Under the pieces are notes generated by a model. That model was not told the DNA's origin. It ran no database searches and worked only from the letters and a program-made list of their open reading frames with translations. Positions 12,345 to 24,471 of a DNA stretch of 64,000 nt are shown here, in pieces (positions within the stretch are counted from its first letter, which is position 1; every line of letters starts with the position of its first letter). Source of the stretch: Tubulanus polymorphus. Its lineage: Eukaryota > Animalia > Nemertea. A program made the position numbers and the translations under genes. The stretch spans positions 16,623,653 to 16,687,652 of the forward strand of contig NC_134028.1 in the NCBI RefSeq assembly GCF_964204645.1, written 5' to 3'.

Positions 12345-13540
12345 CGTTTACTCTGTTCCCGACGTCTCGTCTTGACCATTCAGTATATCTGGATCTCGAT
12401 TCAACTCATAATTTCGCCATAAGAATCGATGAGTTTGAGTATCGATACCTGGGCTAATGAGAACTTGATGGTACATCTTTTGACATCTCCGACAAATACA
12501 TACTCTCTTTCACGCCAACGAATCACCACTCCAAGTAAATTGTTGAGATGATCACCGCATTTACTCAAATAATCATTGAACACGTGACCTTTATAGTTCT
12601 CAGCTTGGTTGAAAACCATACGACACGGATGAGTTGGTTTATCTGGCCAAATTACTGCATGGTGACTTCTTCTGCTTCAAATTTCTTTGACGAACCGGAA
12701 TTCACTAATTGTTCAACTTGTTCATTATAAATCTCACCCAATTTCGGAGATTTCAGTTATCGCTGCTCCAAACCGCGCAATTTCGCAAACGCTTGATAAT
12801 AATTATCGGGTAGTTGGTTCGGATCCTTTTTCCACGGTAACGGAATGTGCCACCGACTTCCGATTCTAATAGCAGACGAATGAATTTCTGACACTTCGAC
12901 TGCAGTTTTGATTTTTCTGTCAAGTTGTCTTTTTGACAGCACCAGTTCAAACAAACGCCCATTTCTTCCCAGAATCTTGACATATCTGTGGGGTCGTGCA
13001 ATTTAGTCAAAATTACCCGGACTACAACGTTTATCTACTTTATCAGAACCACCAAACACTACTGTGCCTAAAATTGTTTCACGCAAACCATAATCACTCT
13101 CGTGAATTACAGAACCAGCATGACATTCGATATTATCGACACCGATTAAAATGTCAATTAAAATGTCAACCGGATCCGGTCCGGTATCAATAGCTTCTGA
13201 CGGAATCGCAAACAAGAAAATTAATTTTAGAAAATTATTTGACGCCTGGGAAAAAATGTAGAATTTCTGCGCTAAGCTAATGTGGAATTGCAAATTTGAA
13301 ATCGAAGTTTTAAGAAATTTGGGGAATGATGAGATTTGGCGATTAGGTAGATGATACAGGTCTTCGACTCTAGTAGTGGTTTAAATTTTTTTATTGAAAA
13401 TTCTCAATAATTGATCGCGAACTTGCGACCGACTTCATTTACTAATGCCTCTAAGCTGGTCTGCAACTTCATTGCCTCCATGGATGAAGAAAGAGCTCTT
13501 CTGATGTCTGCTTCATCATGACTTCGAGCATGTCGTGTGG
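12345..13540 (-). pseudogene. Bel/Pao LTR retrotransposon pol remnant
   Basis: Fragments LPWKKDPNQLPDNYYQAFAKL, VVFNQAENYKGHVFNDYL, LNNLLGVVIRWR..VGDVK and DILIGVDN are typical of the Pao protease-RT region; heavily frameshifted. Confidence 0.8.
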
Positions 13541-13639
13541 CCTAGCCAGCCGGCCCGGTCCCCGGGCCCGGGCCACGGGTTTGGCTGTCACTCGATATCC
13601 TAGAGTCTTGAGTCTGGGTGGGTTGAAGTAGACATTGTC

Positions 13640-13792
13640 ATTTAAAATAACATGCTCATGTTGTTCTGTATGAATTACCCGTGTGTCATGTATGTTGTAT
13701 TAATTTATTTTAAAATTTGTATTTATTGAATTTGGGAATTTTATCCCGGAATATCAATGTAATAAGGATCAATAAAGAATTGAATTGAATTG
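13640..13792 (+). mobile_element. 3' tail of a non-LTR retroelement
   Basis: AATAAA followed by GAATTGAATTGAATTG; a similar tail occurs at about 60676-60705. Confidence 0.45.
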
Positions 13793-16466
13793 TCACCTTA
13801 TACACATGCCATCAGAGGACATGGAGCCGTATATGACAGCTATGGTATTATAAATTGCTAATCTCACGAAACTTGCATACTCCTAATATCAAACATATTT
13901 TCTAAAACGTTTGAATATTGAAATTATATGTTTACACATTTTCATATTGACCGCTTGTAGCCGCTGATGAAATTCACGCCGGCCCTACACACATCGTAGA
14001 TAGCTTCGTCATTCCACCGGCATGCCCACGTCAGGGTCTGACTTTTATATCAGACTTCCGCATCGTGTATACATCCGCCATTTAACCGAATAATCCGATT
14101 TACTTATCATTTCTATTTATTCCTGCCGCTTCTGATATAATTATACATCCTTTACTATTACAATACGTCTTCTAATGATATTCAATGCCACATAACATTT
14201 CGACGTCCAAATATAGGTCATTATATAATCACAGGAAACCATTCTACATCTACGTCAATAATATTTTGCCAGATAGCTTGTTTGTGTACACATAAACCTG
14301 TGACGCTTTGCACATCGATTTACGGCTGTCGTTTGTAAAATGACGCTGAATGGTTAACATTGTTTAGGTTTCATAATGGTAACGTTTTATAAGGCGTCAA
14401 AAACGCATATTTCCGCTTTGTCAAGAGTATACAAACTTTCACAGATCAACGGAAAGCCGATAGCTTCATTTTGCGACTTTGGTCTCCGGATATCGCTGAA
14501 ACTTCGATTTCGTACAGTTTCGTTTTTAATTTTTGCACCGAATATCCAACCGTGACAATCCCCACTTCGGAATCATCGCCTTCTAAGTTCAACTCTTCAG
14601 CCACATCTTAACGAAAAAATTTTAACTTTCTAGGAGGCAGCGCGAGCGTTTATTTGCCACAACTACCGGCTAAATCGGTAGAAATGTAACCAACGGGATA
14701 TTTGAACTTCGCTTAGAGTGAAAATACCACAAAACGTCCAAGAAGAAAGAAGTCACAGCACGCAGAGTTCCTGTCTTCAGTATTACTTTATTCAGCGAAT
14801 TGATCCCAACGATCTAAATGGTAACAGCGGTCTCCCTCAACCGTCCAAAACAACTAGTATACATAGTTTACTTCTTAATTATCTTATCAATAAAGACCTT
14901 ACCAAAACAGTAAAAATTGTCGTTAGCTCAACCTGTGTTGGACGAAAAACCATTCAATCTAAAGTGACGTGACGATAAACGTGCCATTTTCTCATTAATT
15001 CCTGTCGATATACGTGACATTTTATCATTAAATTCTGACATAAAGTTTGAATTATAGTTAGCCACGGCAGTTGATGATCCCAAAAGCCGACATTTTCACA
15101 TTAATCTATGTCACAAAGTTATCTTTTGCAGCAGCAGTTCTATTTATGAATCGAACTGCTGTTGAAAATCAATAACACAAATCAATCAATAATACAAATC
15201 AGTAATACCGCTGTCACATATACCCCTTCCGCAAAGGCCCTGTCCTCAGGGACCGAAAAAATATATAAACGCATGTCAAGCAGGTTGAACCGTGACTTTA
15301 AGTCCTCAAAGATATAAGACAGGAAAAAACCTATTTCATCAATATAACAACACCGACACTAAGACATTAACATGGAATGATAACGATTGCGTGGTAACCA
15401 GAATTATCTTATGGTTATTCAAAAAGAAGTACAGAATCATACCGGTGCACAACGGCAGATGCAGTATACGCCATGGATTAGACCCATACAATATGATATA
15501 CAACATGTTTAAAATGTCCATTAAATCAAAATTTCCGTCAAAGATTAAATCCATAATCCATGTCCACAATACACAATACATAATAATACAACTAACATTA
15601 TACGAAGATAGATAAAAACAGCAACCTACAAAGACATCAAGATCAATTTTTTTTTAAACACGTATATGTATGTTAGAGACATTTATTGAATATTCCTCGG
15701 TTGTAACTTCTGATCTTATTGTGTTTATTAAATCCCATTGTTGAACTCTAATTCATAGCATTTGGCTAAAACCTACCATACAGTCCTCTCTCTATTGATC
15801 CGTTACCTGGTACATTTTATTGTTAAAAACCCTAAACCGGCAGTATTTTGATAAAAGCTATTTTAATACTTCATGATTCTTGCCTGTATATAAACCTGTG
15901 TAGAATTTGTACTGGGCAGTCAAATAAAGATCTCTCTCCAGCTGGACATCTAGTTTTCTGTCGTCGTCGTCGTTGTTGTCAGTCGCTGGTGGTCGCGTAT
16001 TCCACAATGTCATTACACCTAAATCATTAAATCAATCTAAAGGCTGCTTACATCAGAGTCACATAAGAGATGACTAGCACATTACGTGAAGGCCGAACGG
16101 GTCATCCGCACCCAGCCTCTCAAAACACTTCTGCGCCGCAAGAGCTCTGATGCTGCCTGAACGCTCGCATAGAAAAATACACTATTCAACATATAATAAC
16201 ATTTCATATCCACCATAATTTATTCACTCAAGTAAAATACACAGGCCTGTCATACACTATTGCAAACGTACAATCGAAATCGAGTACTCGTTACGCCTCT
16301 TCATTTCAATATGCCACATATCAAATAATTAATATATCCATTTAATATCCTTTAATCCATTTCATATCATCGTCAAATTATCGAATTTATACATATATTA
16401 TACATTATATACATTACATTACATTATATTATATATTATTTATACATTATCGCTTATATCGAAATA

Positions 16467-17847
16467 TCCCCCTCCCATCAAAATGTACGGAACGAACCTC
16501 TCTAAAACTTAAGGTCTTAAGGTCTCGACAACAACGAGGGATAGAGTAAATAGATGCCCCTTTGGGGAACCAATGGATTCGGAACACTCGGTGGCGAAGG
16601 AATCCGTGGGGATATTGCCGGAATGTTCCTATTAGGGGCAGCTACGTGAGCCGCCATCTGGGCCTCCCAGTCAGTATCATCGTTCCTGCGGAGCCTTCTA
16701 AGGCGTCGTGCCTTTTTCGCGGCCGGATCCCTCAGGAATTCCGCAATGCCTTTGACATGAATCCTCGCCCCATTAAATTCAATCCAGAAGAACTGACAAA
16801 AATCATCCGCTAGGATCCTCCTTACAGAACTAAATTTAAGTCACGGAATTGTGACCTTCGAAGGCAAATCCATCACCTTCTGATGATATGGACAATCGCC
16901 CAACGGTATCATAACCGACTCGTTAACATTACAAATAATCAATCGGTCAATACTACTCCACGGAGAGCAACATTTCAGGATCGCGCGAATCAAACGAACG
17001 ATATCCATGATCAATACCCGTACAACCAAAAAGGAACCCAAAACAAATATGACTTCCAACATGGGAATATCTGAAAGGTCAAACCGTTCGGTTACTACTT
17101 TAACAAAAACCGTTTCGTTGGTACCCTTGTCAAGAGAATGCAGTGTTAGTTCCCACGATTTATTTGAAACAACGGTAAATGCCTTCGCTAGAGGCATGGC
17201 AGTCGCCAACGCCATCATCCCCAAAACCTTCCTCGTTTTAATGTAGATAAAAAGACACAAATAGCATGCTAGCCGAAGACAGGGCGATGGCCACAATATT
17301 TACAACCCCCGGTGTATCGGAAATTGTCCACCCGCCTTCGATGCATACAAAGCGGTGCCATTCTTAATGTGATTTACCATCCTTTTAAAATCCTAAGAAA
17401 ACTTTTTATTCTTATCAACTATAGACCCGACCAGAGTTCCGTTTTTATGGGATATGTAACCGTAGTGCCCCCAAAAATGTTGTCTAGTTGTTCCCGGTTA
17501 TAAATATGTGATACCACTGGAAGATTCATGCAATAATATTTAACAGGTGCGACAGCACACGCACAAGCCGTAATTCGTGGACTAAGTTCAAAAGTGTTAG
17601 ATGTTAATCGGCACTTGCACGGCACTGATAACAAACAACTTTTAATTGCTGGGACTGGTTTCCCTGGACAGGTCAAATCCCATGTCGCTGGCTATCCCTA
17701 CATCAAGTATAAACTGTCTTTAACCTGCACTGCGCCTTCGCAGACGTTGGCTCGTACCTGATATCACACAATTGCGATACCAACTTAGGCTCGTCCCTAT
17801 AAATTGCCAATGCGCAACTGGGAATATTTCGCGACTTCATTGACACC
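16467..17847 (-). mobile_element. Gypsy LTR retrotransposon 3' portion (env C-terminus, 3' UTR, polypurine tract)
   Basis: Minus strand reads PSCALAIYRDEPKLVSQLCDIRY, CLLSVPCKCRL and a TM-like LEVIFVLGSFLVVRVLI; purine tract GGGAGGGGGA at about 16467-16476. Confidence 0.7.
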
Positions 17848-18115
17848 AGTAATAGGGAATATCTTGTTTCAGGCCAAAGGTCGAACGGTCGAGCTCGTAA
17901 AAAATGAAAAACATGAGAATAATAACAATTTCTACTTGAATTACTCGCGAAACTCATAAAAATGAAAAATAAATTCTCACACGCTCGAATTTATTTTTCA
18001 TTTTTATGAGTTTCACTCCTAATTCAAGTAGAAATTGTAATTATTCTCATGTTTTTCATTTTTTACTCACCCGCCCGTTCGACCTTTAACCTGAAACAAG
18101 ATATTCCCTATTAGT
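17848..18115. repeat. Terminal fold-back hairpin (268 bp) in the left TIR of copy B
   Basis: Arms of about 129 bp are reverse complements, with mismatch bubbles (CC/TT, TCGAGCTC/GCGGGTGA, CTCGC/GGAGT) around a TCACACGCTC loop. Confidence 0.95.
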
Positions 18116-18194
18116 CTTAAAATATTCATATATATGAATAAAATATAAATGAATAACTTCTAAAATCAATTTTAATAAAAAATTTATTATTAAA

Positions 18195-18446
18195 ATGGAA
18201 GCAAATAAGTACTCCTGCGCAACATGTAATATCAATATAGATAAATCCCAAAAATCAAGACACAATAAAACTAAAACACATTTAGAGAATAAATTGAAAC
18301 TAGAATATTTACAGTTATATTCAGAACAGTTAACAAAGGCAAAGAAATTTATTGAATTATGGAATAATGATCCAAATAATGAACAATACGTTGAGGAATT
18401 TGATATCAAGGATCCGATGTTTATACTAGAACATGATTCTATTTGA
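18195..18446 (+). CDS. Chimeric ORF: first 38 codons of pPolB (TIR copy) fused to an HNH-protein C-terminal remnant
   Basis: MEANKYSCATC...KLKLEY matches the pPolB N-terminus; LYSEQLTKAKKFIELWN resembles LYLDQLDKAKTFVELWN of 32805-33470. Confidence 0.6.
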   Translation: MEANKYSCATCNINIDKSQKSRHNKTKTHLENKLKLEYLQLYSEQLTKAKKFIELWNNDPNNEQYVEEFDIKDPMFILEHDSI

Positions 18447-19069
18447 ACCTATATACATTCAATGTACAGAGCTATGGAATAAATCTATAAATTCACAGCT
18501 GTTACAGCTGTTACTATGACGCCGAGACTTATGACTCACTATTACAAACGTGCAGAGAACACTCTAGAACCGGAACATACGCTGTAATATTGTGCTCAGG
18601 ATATTCTATCTTTCGAAACAAAATTAGGAGTTTATAGTTTACAATTATAAATCTAAATGTAAGTACTGTTTGTTGTAGTTATTAGGGCTATTAAATATGA
18701 AACCTTTAGATATATTTAAGTGTATTTAGTATATCTTTTAGATAGCTAGAGTTACCGCTAATATCTTTTAGATTAATAAAACGCCATACGCATCAAGAAG
18801 TGATAGAGAAACTCAAGATACTCTTTCTGACTGAGGAATCAACAGCACTGGATATCAAACCAATAGAATCACAAAAAATCGACGAAGAAACTATATAAGA
18901 ATTTCAAAAACATTAAGACTCCAATGATTAAGTTTAATATTTGTTGATGTAGTTAAATATTTACCAGCAATTGAAAAAATGTTTGTAATTATAAATTGTA
19001 TTTATAGAAATCAAATGATGTATTGGAAGAAACGGCCGAACAACTTGTATAATGTATTGTGTAAATCTG

Positions 19070-19310
19070 ATTGGTGAATTTTTATGTTCGGTCGTTTCTA
19101 TTCAGAATGAATATATAATTATGATTAGCGCATGCGCATTGATCAAAAACGCTCCTATAAGAGCGGTTTTGCCTAATGCGAACACGTTTTGATATTTTAT
19201 GTCGGTCGTTTCTATTTTACAGAATTTACAGAATGAATATATAATTATGATTAACGCATGCGCATTAAGCAAAAGCGCTCCTATAAGACTGAAAAGCGCT
19301 CCTTTATCTG
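19070..19310. promoter_or_regulatory. GC-palindrome repeat cluster (GCGCATGCGC-type units) of copy B
   Basis: Two ATTATGATTA(A/G)CGCATGCGCATT units plus GTCGTTTCTAT repeats; homologous to 32230-32680. Confidence 0.55.
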
Positions 19311-19544
19311 ACTGAAAATTATATAGTGATTTGAAAAATGACTACTTAAATATGCCTGAATTACAAAAATGGGTTGGTTATGCTTCATTTCAATTAGGAT
19401 CTGTTATGACATTAATTTCTACTGGTGTCATAACATTTTCGAACATCAAGCCTATGGAATATAAATCAGGTAAGAACGAAACAGATGTACTACAACCAAA
19501 CGTCGAAACAGAAAATGAATCAGAACAAAAATTAAGTAAAATAA

Positions 19545-19910
19545 ATGAGTGATGGAGTTAAGAAAAAGGCTAGATCCGAGAAACAAATTAAATGGGAAAG
19601 AGAATTAGGTAAAAGATCTTCAGAATTAAAAAAAGCTAAGAAAAAGAAATTAACTGATATAAATGAATCACAGACTTTATCTGATATTGATTCAAATAAT
19701 AATCCATCTAATTCTTCTAATGCTGGAAGTTATTATAAATTATATATTACAATTGGATTAGTAACAGTTATTATATTATCTGGTGTAATATATAAATCAA
19801 AATTCAAATCTGATGATAAAGATGATTCCAATGACAATAAACCTATTATACCAAATAAGTCAAATGATAAAGTCATTGAAAATAAACCAAGATTAATATT
19901 AATGGATTAA
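19545..19910 (+). CDS. Small basic single-TM Polinton protein
   Basis: Lys-rich N-terminus and TM LYITIGLVTVIILSGVIY; homolog at 34948-35307. Confidence 0.75.
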   Translation: MSDGVKKKARSEKQIKWERELGKRSSELKKAKKKKLTDINESQTLSDIDSNNNPSNSSNAGSYYKLYITIGLVTVIILSGVIYKSKFKSDDKDDSNDNKPIIPNKSNDKVIENKPRLILMD

Positions 19911-19916
19911 AATACG

Positions 19917-21019
19917 ATGAAAAAAGAACAATATTTAAGAGAGTTATATTATAACCCAGAAAGTGAAGTATCATATTCTAACGTTTCAGAATTATGGAAT
20001 AAAATTAAATCTGATAATGGTGGTATAAAATATAGTGAATTAAAATCATGGTTACAAAATCAACCAACATATCAAATCCACAAGAAAATGGATAAAACTT
20101 ATTTAACAAGAAAAGTTATGGTTTCATATATCGATCAACAATGGCAAGCAGATTTAATTGACATGAAGAACTTAGAAGAATACAACAAAGGATATTTCTG
20201 GATACTGAATGTTATAGACATATTCAGTAGATACGCATGGTCAATTCCAATCAAAAATAAAACTGGAATAGAAGTAACAAATGTTTTTAAATCTATATTT
20301 AAAGAAGCTATTCCAGATAAGATACAATTTGATGAAGGTAAGGAATTTTATAACAAACATTTCAAAAAACTATTATCTGATAACGATGTAGATTATTTTT
20401 CAACACACTCAGACAAAAAAGCATCTATTATAGAAAGATTTAATAAAACATTGAAAACTAGAATGTGGAAATATTTTACTGCTAATGAAACATATAAATA
20501 TATCGATGAGTCTATAAATATATTAGATGATTTAGTGAAAGGTTATAATAATTCTAAACATAGTTCTATAAATATGAAACCTATACAAGCTAGAAAAGAA
20601 GATAATTCGGAAATAGTTTGGAATAATTTATATGGTGCGTTTGTTACATATGATTTCGGAGAACCTAAATTTAAAATAGGACAACACGTTAGAATATCTA
20701 AATATAGAAAAACATTTTATAAAGGTTATACCCCAAATTTTAAGAATTTGAAGAAATATTCAAGATTAAAAAGATAATATTAACTAAACCTTTTGTTTAT
20801 AAATTAGAAGATCTAAAAGGTGAAGAAATATTAGGTTATTTCTACGAACAAGAATTATCACTTGTACCAAATCCAGATGAAATAGAATACAAAATAGAAA
20901 AAGTATTGAAAACAAAAACTCTTAAAGGAAAAAAGTATTCTTTGGTGAAATATAAAGGATATGATGATAAATTTAATGAATGGATTTTATCTAGTAAAAT
21001 TAAAAGAATAAATGAATAA
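19917..21019 (+). pseudogene. Retroviral-type (rve) integrase with chromodomain, copy B, frameshifted near 20740
   Basis: QADLID / QFDEGKEF / IERFNKTLK DDE triad; homolog of the intact ORF at 35314-36399. Confidence 0.9.
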
Positions 21020-21623
21020 AGATTTATTTATATTTGAACCGCATAATATGTTAGTTACTGGAGTAACAAACTGTGGTAAAACACATTTCATATTAGATTT
21101 GTTAGAAACTATTTATAAGAATCATTTTGATAATATAATATTATTCTGTCCTACTTATGAAATGAATAAAACATATAATAGAGATATAGTTAAGATGAAA
21201 AAGTTTATTATATTAGATCCTAAAACAGTAAAAGAAAATTTAGATAATTGTATAAAAATAGCAATTGATACTTATAAAGGATCAAATACATTATTCATTA
21301 TAGATGATTGTGCAAATTTACATGATTCAAAAGTTAGAGAAAGTGAGTTATGTTATTTAGCTTTCTCTGGAAGACATTTCGGGATAACAACATGGGTTTT
21401 AAATCAAAAATATAATTCAATTGTTAAAGATTTTAGGGAGAATATAAGATTTCTAGTTTTATTTTATAACAAAGATAAAAAATCTATGCAACAATCATTG
21501 GAAGAAAATCAAATTATACCTACTGAATTACATGATGAATATATGAATAAATTAAAGAATAATAAAGGTTCAAAATTATTAATTAGATTACAATTTCCAT
21601 ATGAATATAAATTTATAAAATAA
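21012..21623 (+). CDS. A32/FtsK-like packaging ATPase (copy B)
   Basis: Walker A GVTNCGKT, Walker B FIIDD, GRHFGI and NQ motifs. Confidence 0.9.
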   Translation: MNKDLFIFEPHNMLVTGVTNCGKTHFILDLLETIYKNHFDNIILFCPTYEMNKTYNRDIVKMKKFIILDPKTVKENLDNCIKIAIDTYKGSNTLFIIDDCANLHDSKVRESELCYLAFSGRHFGITTWVLNQKYNSIVKDFRENIRFLVLFYNKDKKSMQQSLEENQIIPTELHDEYMNKLKNNKGSKLLIRLQFPYEYKFIK

Positions 21624-21638
21624 AATCCTAATTTGGAA

Positions 21639-22024
21639 TATTATAGAAACTAATTTATATATCTATGTACTAGACGTACGAGTAAGTAAGATTCTTACCT
21701 TTTTACTTTCTTGGCAAGAATCTTGGATTCTTACGTACGTCTAGTCCATAGAAATATGAATTATTAAATGAAATATATAATAATGAATAAATCATATATT
21801 AAAACTATATTTATAATTTATGTTTATAATTTATATTTATAATTTATATTTATAATTTATATTTATAATTTATGTTTATAATTTATGTTTATAATTTATG
21901 TTTATAATTTATGTTTATAATTTATATTTCTTGGCAAGGATTCTTGGATTCTTACTTTCTTACTCATACGTCTAGTGCATAAATATATAAATATTTTTAT
22001 AGATATATAAATAGTTTTATAATA
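21639..22024. repeat. Fold-back intergenic spacer with an internal 12-bp AT minisatellite
   Basis: Ends are imperfect inverted repeats (TATTATAGAAACTAATTTATATATCTAT / ATAGATATATAAATAGTTTTATAATA); nested ACTAGACGTA/TACGTCTAGT arms; TTATAATTTAT(A/G)T-type repeats at about 21810-21925. Confidence 0.75.
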
Positions 22025-22025
22025 A

Positions 22026-23153
22026 TTATTCTAATTTTTTTTCTAATATATTTATAAAATCATCTTTTTTTATATCAAATTCATCAGAAGTATTTGGCAT
22101 ATTTATTAATTCTACTTCACCCTTCATTCTACGTTCATCATCACTTAATCCAGCTTTTATTCTTAATTTTTCAAAGTAATCATTAGAATTATCACCATCA
22201 AAATCAAATTCAAAATCATTTATTAAATTAAATAAATCTAGGTATCCATTATACGCTAATTTATATATTTGGACAGGATTATCTTCTGCATAAGCTAATA
22301 ATTTATCAAATAACATCTTAAAGAATATATAATATTGTTTAGTTTCAGGATTAAAATATTTGATATATTCATCTGGTTCATCTAACAATGGTAACATACC
22401 CACTTTTTTATAAACATTAATTAGATGTAATTTTGATTTATAATGAGTAATTTTATAAACAGGTTCAATTTCTTTATTACAATAATCACATATTAAGTCT
22501 TTTTCATTTTCTATGTGCCCCTTAGATTTTTTATGTTTAGAAAAATTACTTTTAGAAATATCTAAATTACAAATGTTACAATGTTTTTTAGAATCATCAA
22601 TTATTTCATTATCTGTTATATCATTATCATTAGTTTCAATTGGGTTAACATTATTTATTACATTATCTGTTATATTATCTATGGTATCATTAGTTTCAAT
22701 TGGGTTAACATTATCTTTTATATTACTAACTGATATATTATTATCATTATTATTCTTTTCTTTTTCTATATGTTTCTTTGATTTCTTATGTGATGCCCAA
22801 TTTTTATATGATATATATTTCTTACATACATCACAATATTTTTCATTTGTCTTTTTGGTTTTGATATCAGGTTCAATCTTATCATAATTCGATGTAGAAG
22901 GTATAACATTATCTTCTATTTTAGATTCAATATCATCTTCTATTTTATATTCAATATCATTCTTATCTTCTATTTTAGTTTCAATATTATTTTCTATTTT
23001 AGTTTCAATATTCTTATCTATTTTACTTATTCTATATTTGAATTGAATAAAGTAATCTCCAAAATACTTACTGTATTCATCATAAAGTAATATATAATAT
23101 ATATCTGATATCATTTCACTTGGAGTTTGTATTTCATATATTCCACCTTCCAT
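22026..23153 (-). CDS. Multi zinc-finger accessory protein (copy B)
   Basis: CDVC..HKKSKKH, CNIC..HKKSKGH and CDYC..HYKSKLH fingers; N-terminus shared with 37405-38367. Confidence 0.8.
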   Translation of the reverse strand: MEGGIYEIQTPSEMISDIYYILLYDEYSKYFGDYFIQFKYRISKIDKNIETKIENNIETKIEDKNDIEYKIEDDIESKIEDNVIPSTSNYDKIEPDIKTKKTNEKYCDVCKKYISYKNWASHKKSKKHIEKEKNNNDNNISVSNIKDNVNPIETNDTIDNITDNVINNVNPIETNDNDITDNEIIDDSKKHCNICNLDISKSNFSKHKKSKGHIENEKDLICDYCNKEIEPVYKITHYKSKLHLINVYKKVGMLPLLDEPDEYIKYFNPETKQYYIFFKMLFDKLLAYAEDNPVQIYKLAYNGYLDLFNLINDFEFDFDGDNSNDYFEKLRIKAGLSDDERRMKGEVELINMPNTSDEFDIKKDDFINILEKKLE

Positions 23154-23185
23154 TTATTATATATATTTTTATTAAAGTTAAAATT

Positions 23186-24431
23186 TTAATACATAACACT
23201 ATCTAATTGTGAATTTACAATATTTAATTGCGCGTCAGATATAATATAAATGTGCAATTTAAAATTTTTGATTCCTTTATTCTTTGTCATGAATAATTGT
23301 ATTCCATCTTTAGTGTTCTGTAGTTTTTTTCCAGAACCATGTAATGAATTATCCTCTGTTGTTCTAAAATCTAACCATAATGCATATTTATTACCGGTAT
23401 AATAATCAATTTGATTAATGTTACAATTTTCAGATGATTTTACTTTTTCATTCATAAAATGTTTTCTAATTTCTGGCCATTGATCTATCATTCTCATTCC
23501 TTGACAAAATATTTTATTTGCTATTCATTCGATAGTTATTTCTACTTTTGTTATTTCAGGATTATAATAATTATCAACATTTATTGCGCCATTAGTATAT
23601 GTTGCAATGGTAAAAAATATTAATATGCCTTTAATAGATCTTCTTGGGAAGTTAATATTCTCATTAATTATTTCATCATTTGCATTAATAGTTACGGTTT
23701 TAAATTTATCAATATAATCATATAATAATGAAAATCCTTGATTGTATTGAGTTTGAATTATACTTGAAATATTTTCATCAGTTACTGTATCATATTCTAA
23801 ATATATATTCGATAATTTATAACTCATATCTTTAACAACGCTAGATAATACAATTTCATTTACAGGAGCAAATGTTATTTCGAATATAACGTCTTCTTGA
23901 ATTGCATATTTATATAAAGGTGCATTGTTATTTATCAATTCAAAGTCTAATGGAATTTTATATTTGATTCCATGTATACTTTTTATCAATTTATCTACAG
24001 CATTAGTTAATATTGCGCTATTAGCTTCTGATCTTAATTTATTTTGGTTTTCTGATTGGATGCCTTGAAATATCATATTATTTCTATTTTCTTTAGTTAA
24101 CCATAAATCTTTATAATGCATAAATAAATTATAATCATCTAATGAGAAAACTGTTTCTGGACCAATCTTTAGTTAACTTTTTAATCAAATATCTTCCAAC
24201 ATTATCAACAACATAATTATTATTATTACCGATTACTTTTATATCGGCCGATAAATAAATACTATTTGGAACATAAAAAGTATTTTGTGTTAATCGAGGG
24301 ATTCTAACATATAAAGTTTCATCAGGATTAATATTAGAAGGGTTATGAGTAATTATATGATGTGATCTTTCTGCTTTAATAGCTTTAGATATTCTATGAT
24401 TCTTAGAAGGATTGATATAACTCCCACTCAT
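23186..24431 (-). pseudogene. Major capsid protein of copy B, two frameshifts
   Basis: Three ORF pieces collinear with the intact ORF at 38400-39647. Confidence 0.85.
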
Positions 24432-24471
24432 TTATTTAACAAAAAAATTAATTATTTATTTTTAATCATGG

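Noticed and set aside
11620-12345. Possible LTR next to the Bel/Pao remnant
   Set aside because: No paired copy, PBS or TSD could be identified.
13800-15210. Short ORFs and possible host exon or element end
   Set aside because: No recognisable motifs, repeats or splice structure that I can support.
15212-16466. Exact 3' LTR of the Gypsy element
   Set aside because: Plausible from the polypurine tract position, but there is no second LTR in the window, the terminal TG is not intact, and the region seems to contain other insertions.
17842-17847. Target-site duplication for copy B
   Set aside because: The left flank GACACC has no partner because the right end is deleted at the hairpin loop.
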